Under the pieces are notes generated by a model that was given only the letters and a program-made list of their open reading frames with translations, ran no database searches and was not told the origin of the DNA. Below, piece by piece: positions 63,714 to 64,000 of a stretch of 64,000 nucleotides of DNA. This stretch comes from Thermoanaerobaculia bacterium (GTDB lineage: Bacteria; Acidobacteriota; Thermoanaerobaculia; Multivoradales; Multivoraceae), in assembly GCA_963666565.1 (NCBI GenBank), contig OY762911.1, forward strand, positions 608,001 through 672,000. The letters are read 5' to 3'. A program made the translations under genes and the position numbers. Every line of letters begins with the position of its first letter. Position 1 is the first letter of the stretch.

Positions 63714-64000
63714 TCAGGGCGGTCCCATCAGCGCGTTGACGGAACTCTCGAACCCCGTCTCCGGCCGGTCGGGCCGCAGGCGGCGAACCGCCAGGCCTTC
63801 GACGATCCGCCGCGGCTGGATGTAGCGCTCCCGCAACCGGTGGGCGTCCAGCAGGTCGGCCGCGAACGCCAGCGCCGCCGCCCGGTCGCTGCGGTCGTCG
63901 AGCGCGCCGGCCGCCTCGGTCACGGTGGCCGCCATGCGCGTCCAGCCCTGGCGCGCCCGAACGTCCTCCAGCGCCTTGCCGCCGACCTCGACCAGCCGGT
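63714..64000 (-). CDS. C-terminal part of a gene starting beyond the window; function unassigned
   Basis: Open frame from the window edge to the stop at 63714 with host-like codon usage. Confidence 0.55.
   Translation of the reverse strand, partial: RLVEVGGKALEDVRARQGWTRMAATVTEAAGALDDRSDRAAALAFAADLLDAHRLRERYIQPRRIVEGLAVRRLRPDRPETGFESSVNALMGPP

Overview
High-GC bacterial chromosome segment. Gene order and a characteristic secreted-protein domain suggest Acidobacteriota, possibly Thermoanaerobaculia-like; this is inference only. Most of the window is housekeeping: metH, sat-cysC, gmd, ribBA, nadK, tlyA, ispA, ymdB-rny-6S RNA-zapA, rplT-rpmI, thrS, two tRNA-Val, ilvA, proS, an ECF sigma/anti-sigma pair, a ccm operon lacking ccmC, aroK, thiE-accC-accB, rel-secF-secD-yajC-tgt-lolA, trmB, manC and dsbA. 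Highlights: (1) a lower-GC cassette directly behind thrS, where infC normally sits, encoding an ABC-type (AAA_21/DUF3696-like) ATPase, a PIN-like nuclease and an ATP-dependent RNA ligase, facing an AAA+PD-(D/E)XK gene; this is a candidate undescribed RNA cut-and-reseal defence/TA system. (2) A modular REP-like palindromic repeat (about 20 copies) that has also entered ispA, manC, trmB and the proS stop codon in frame. (3) Two secreted proteins sharing an uncharacterised Cys-bounded C-terminal domain, one followed by a lipoprotein with a 142-residue Asp/Glu/Gly tail. All calls come from reading sequence motifs by eye; no database searches were run.
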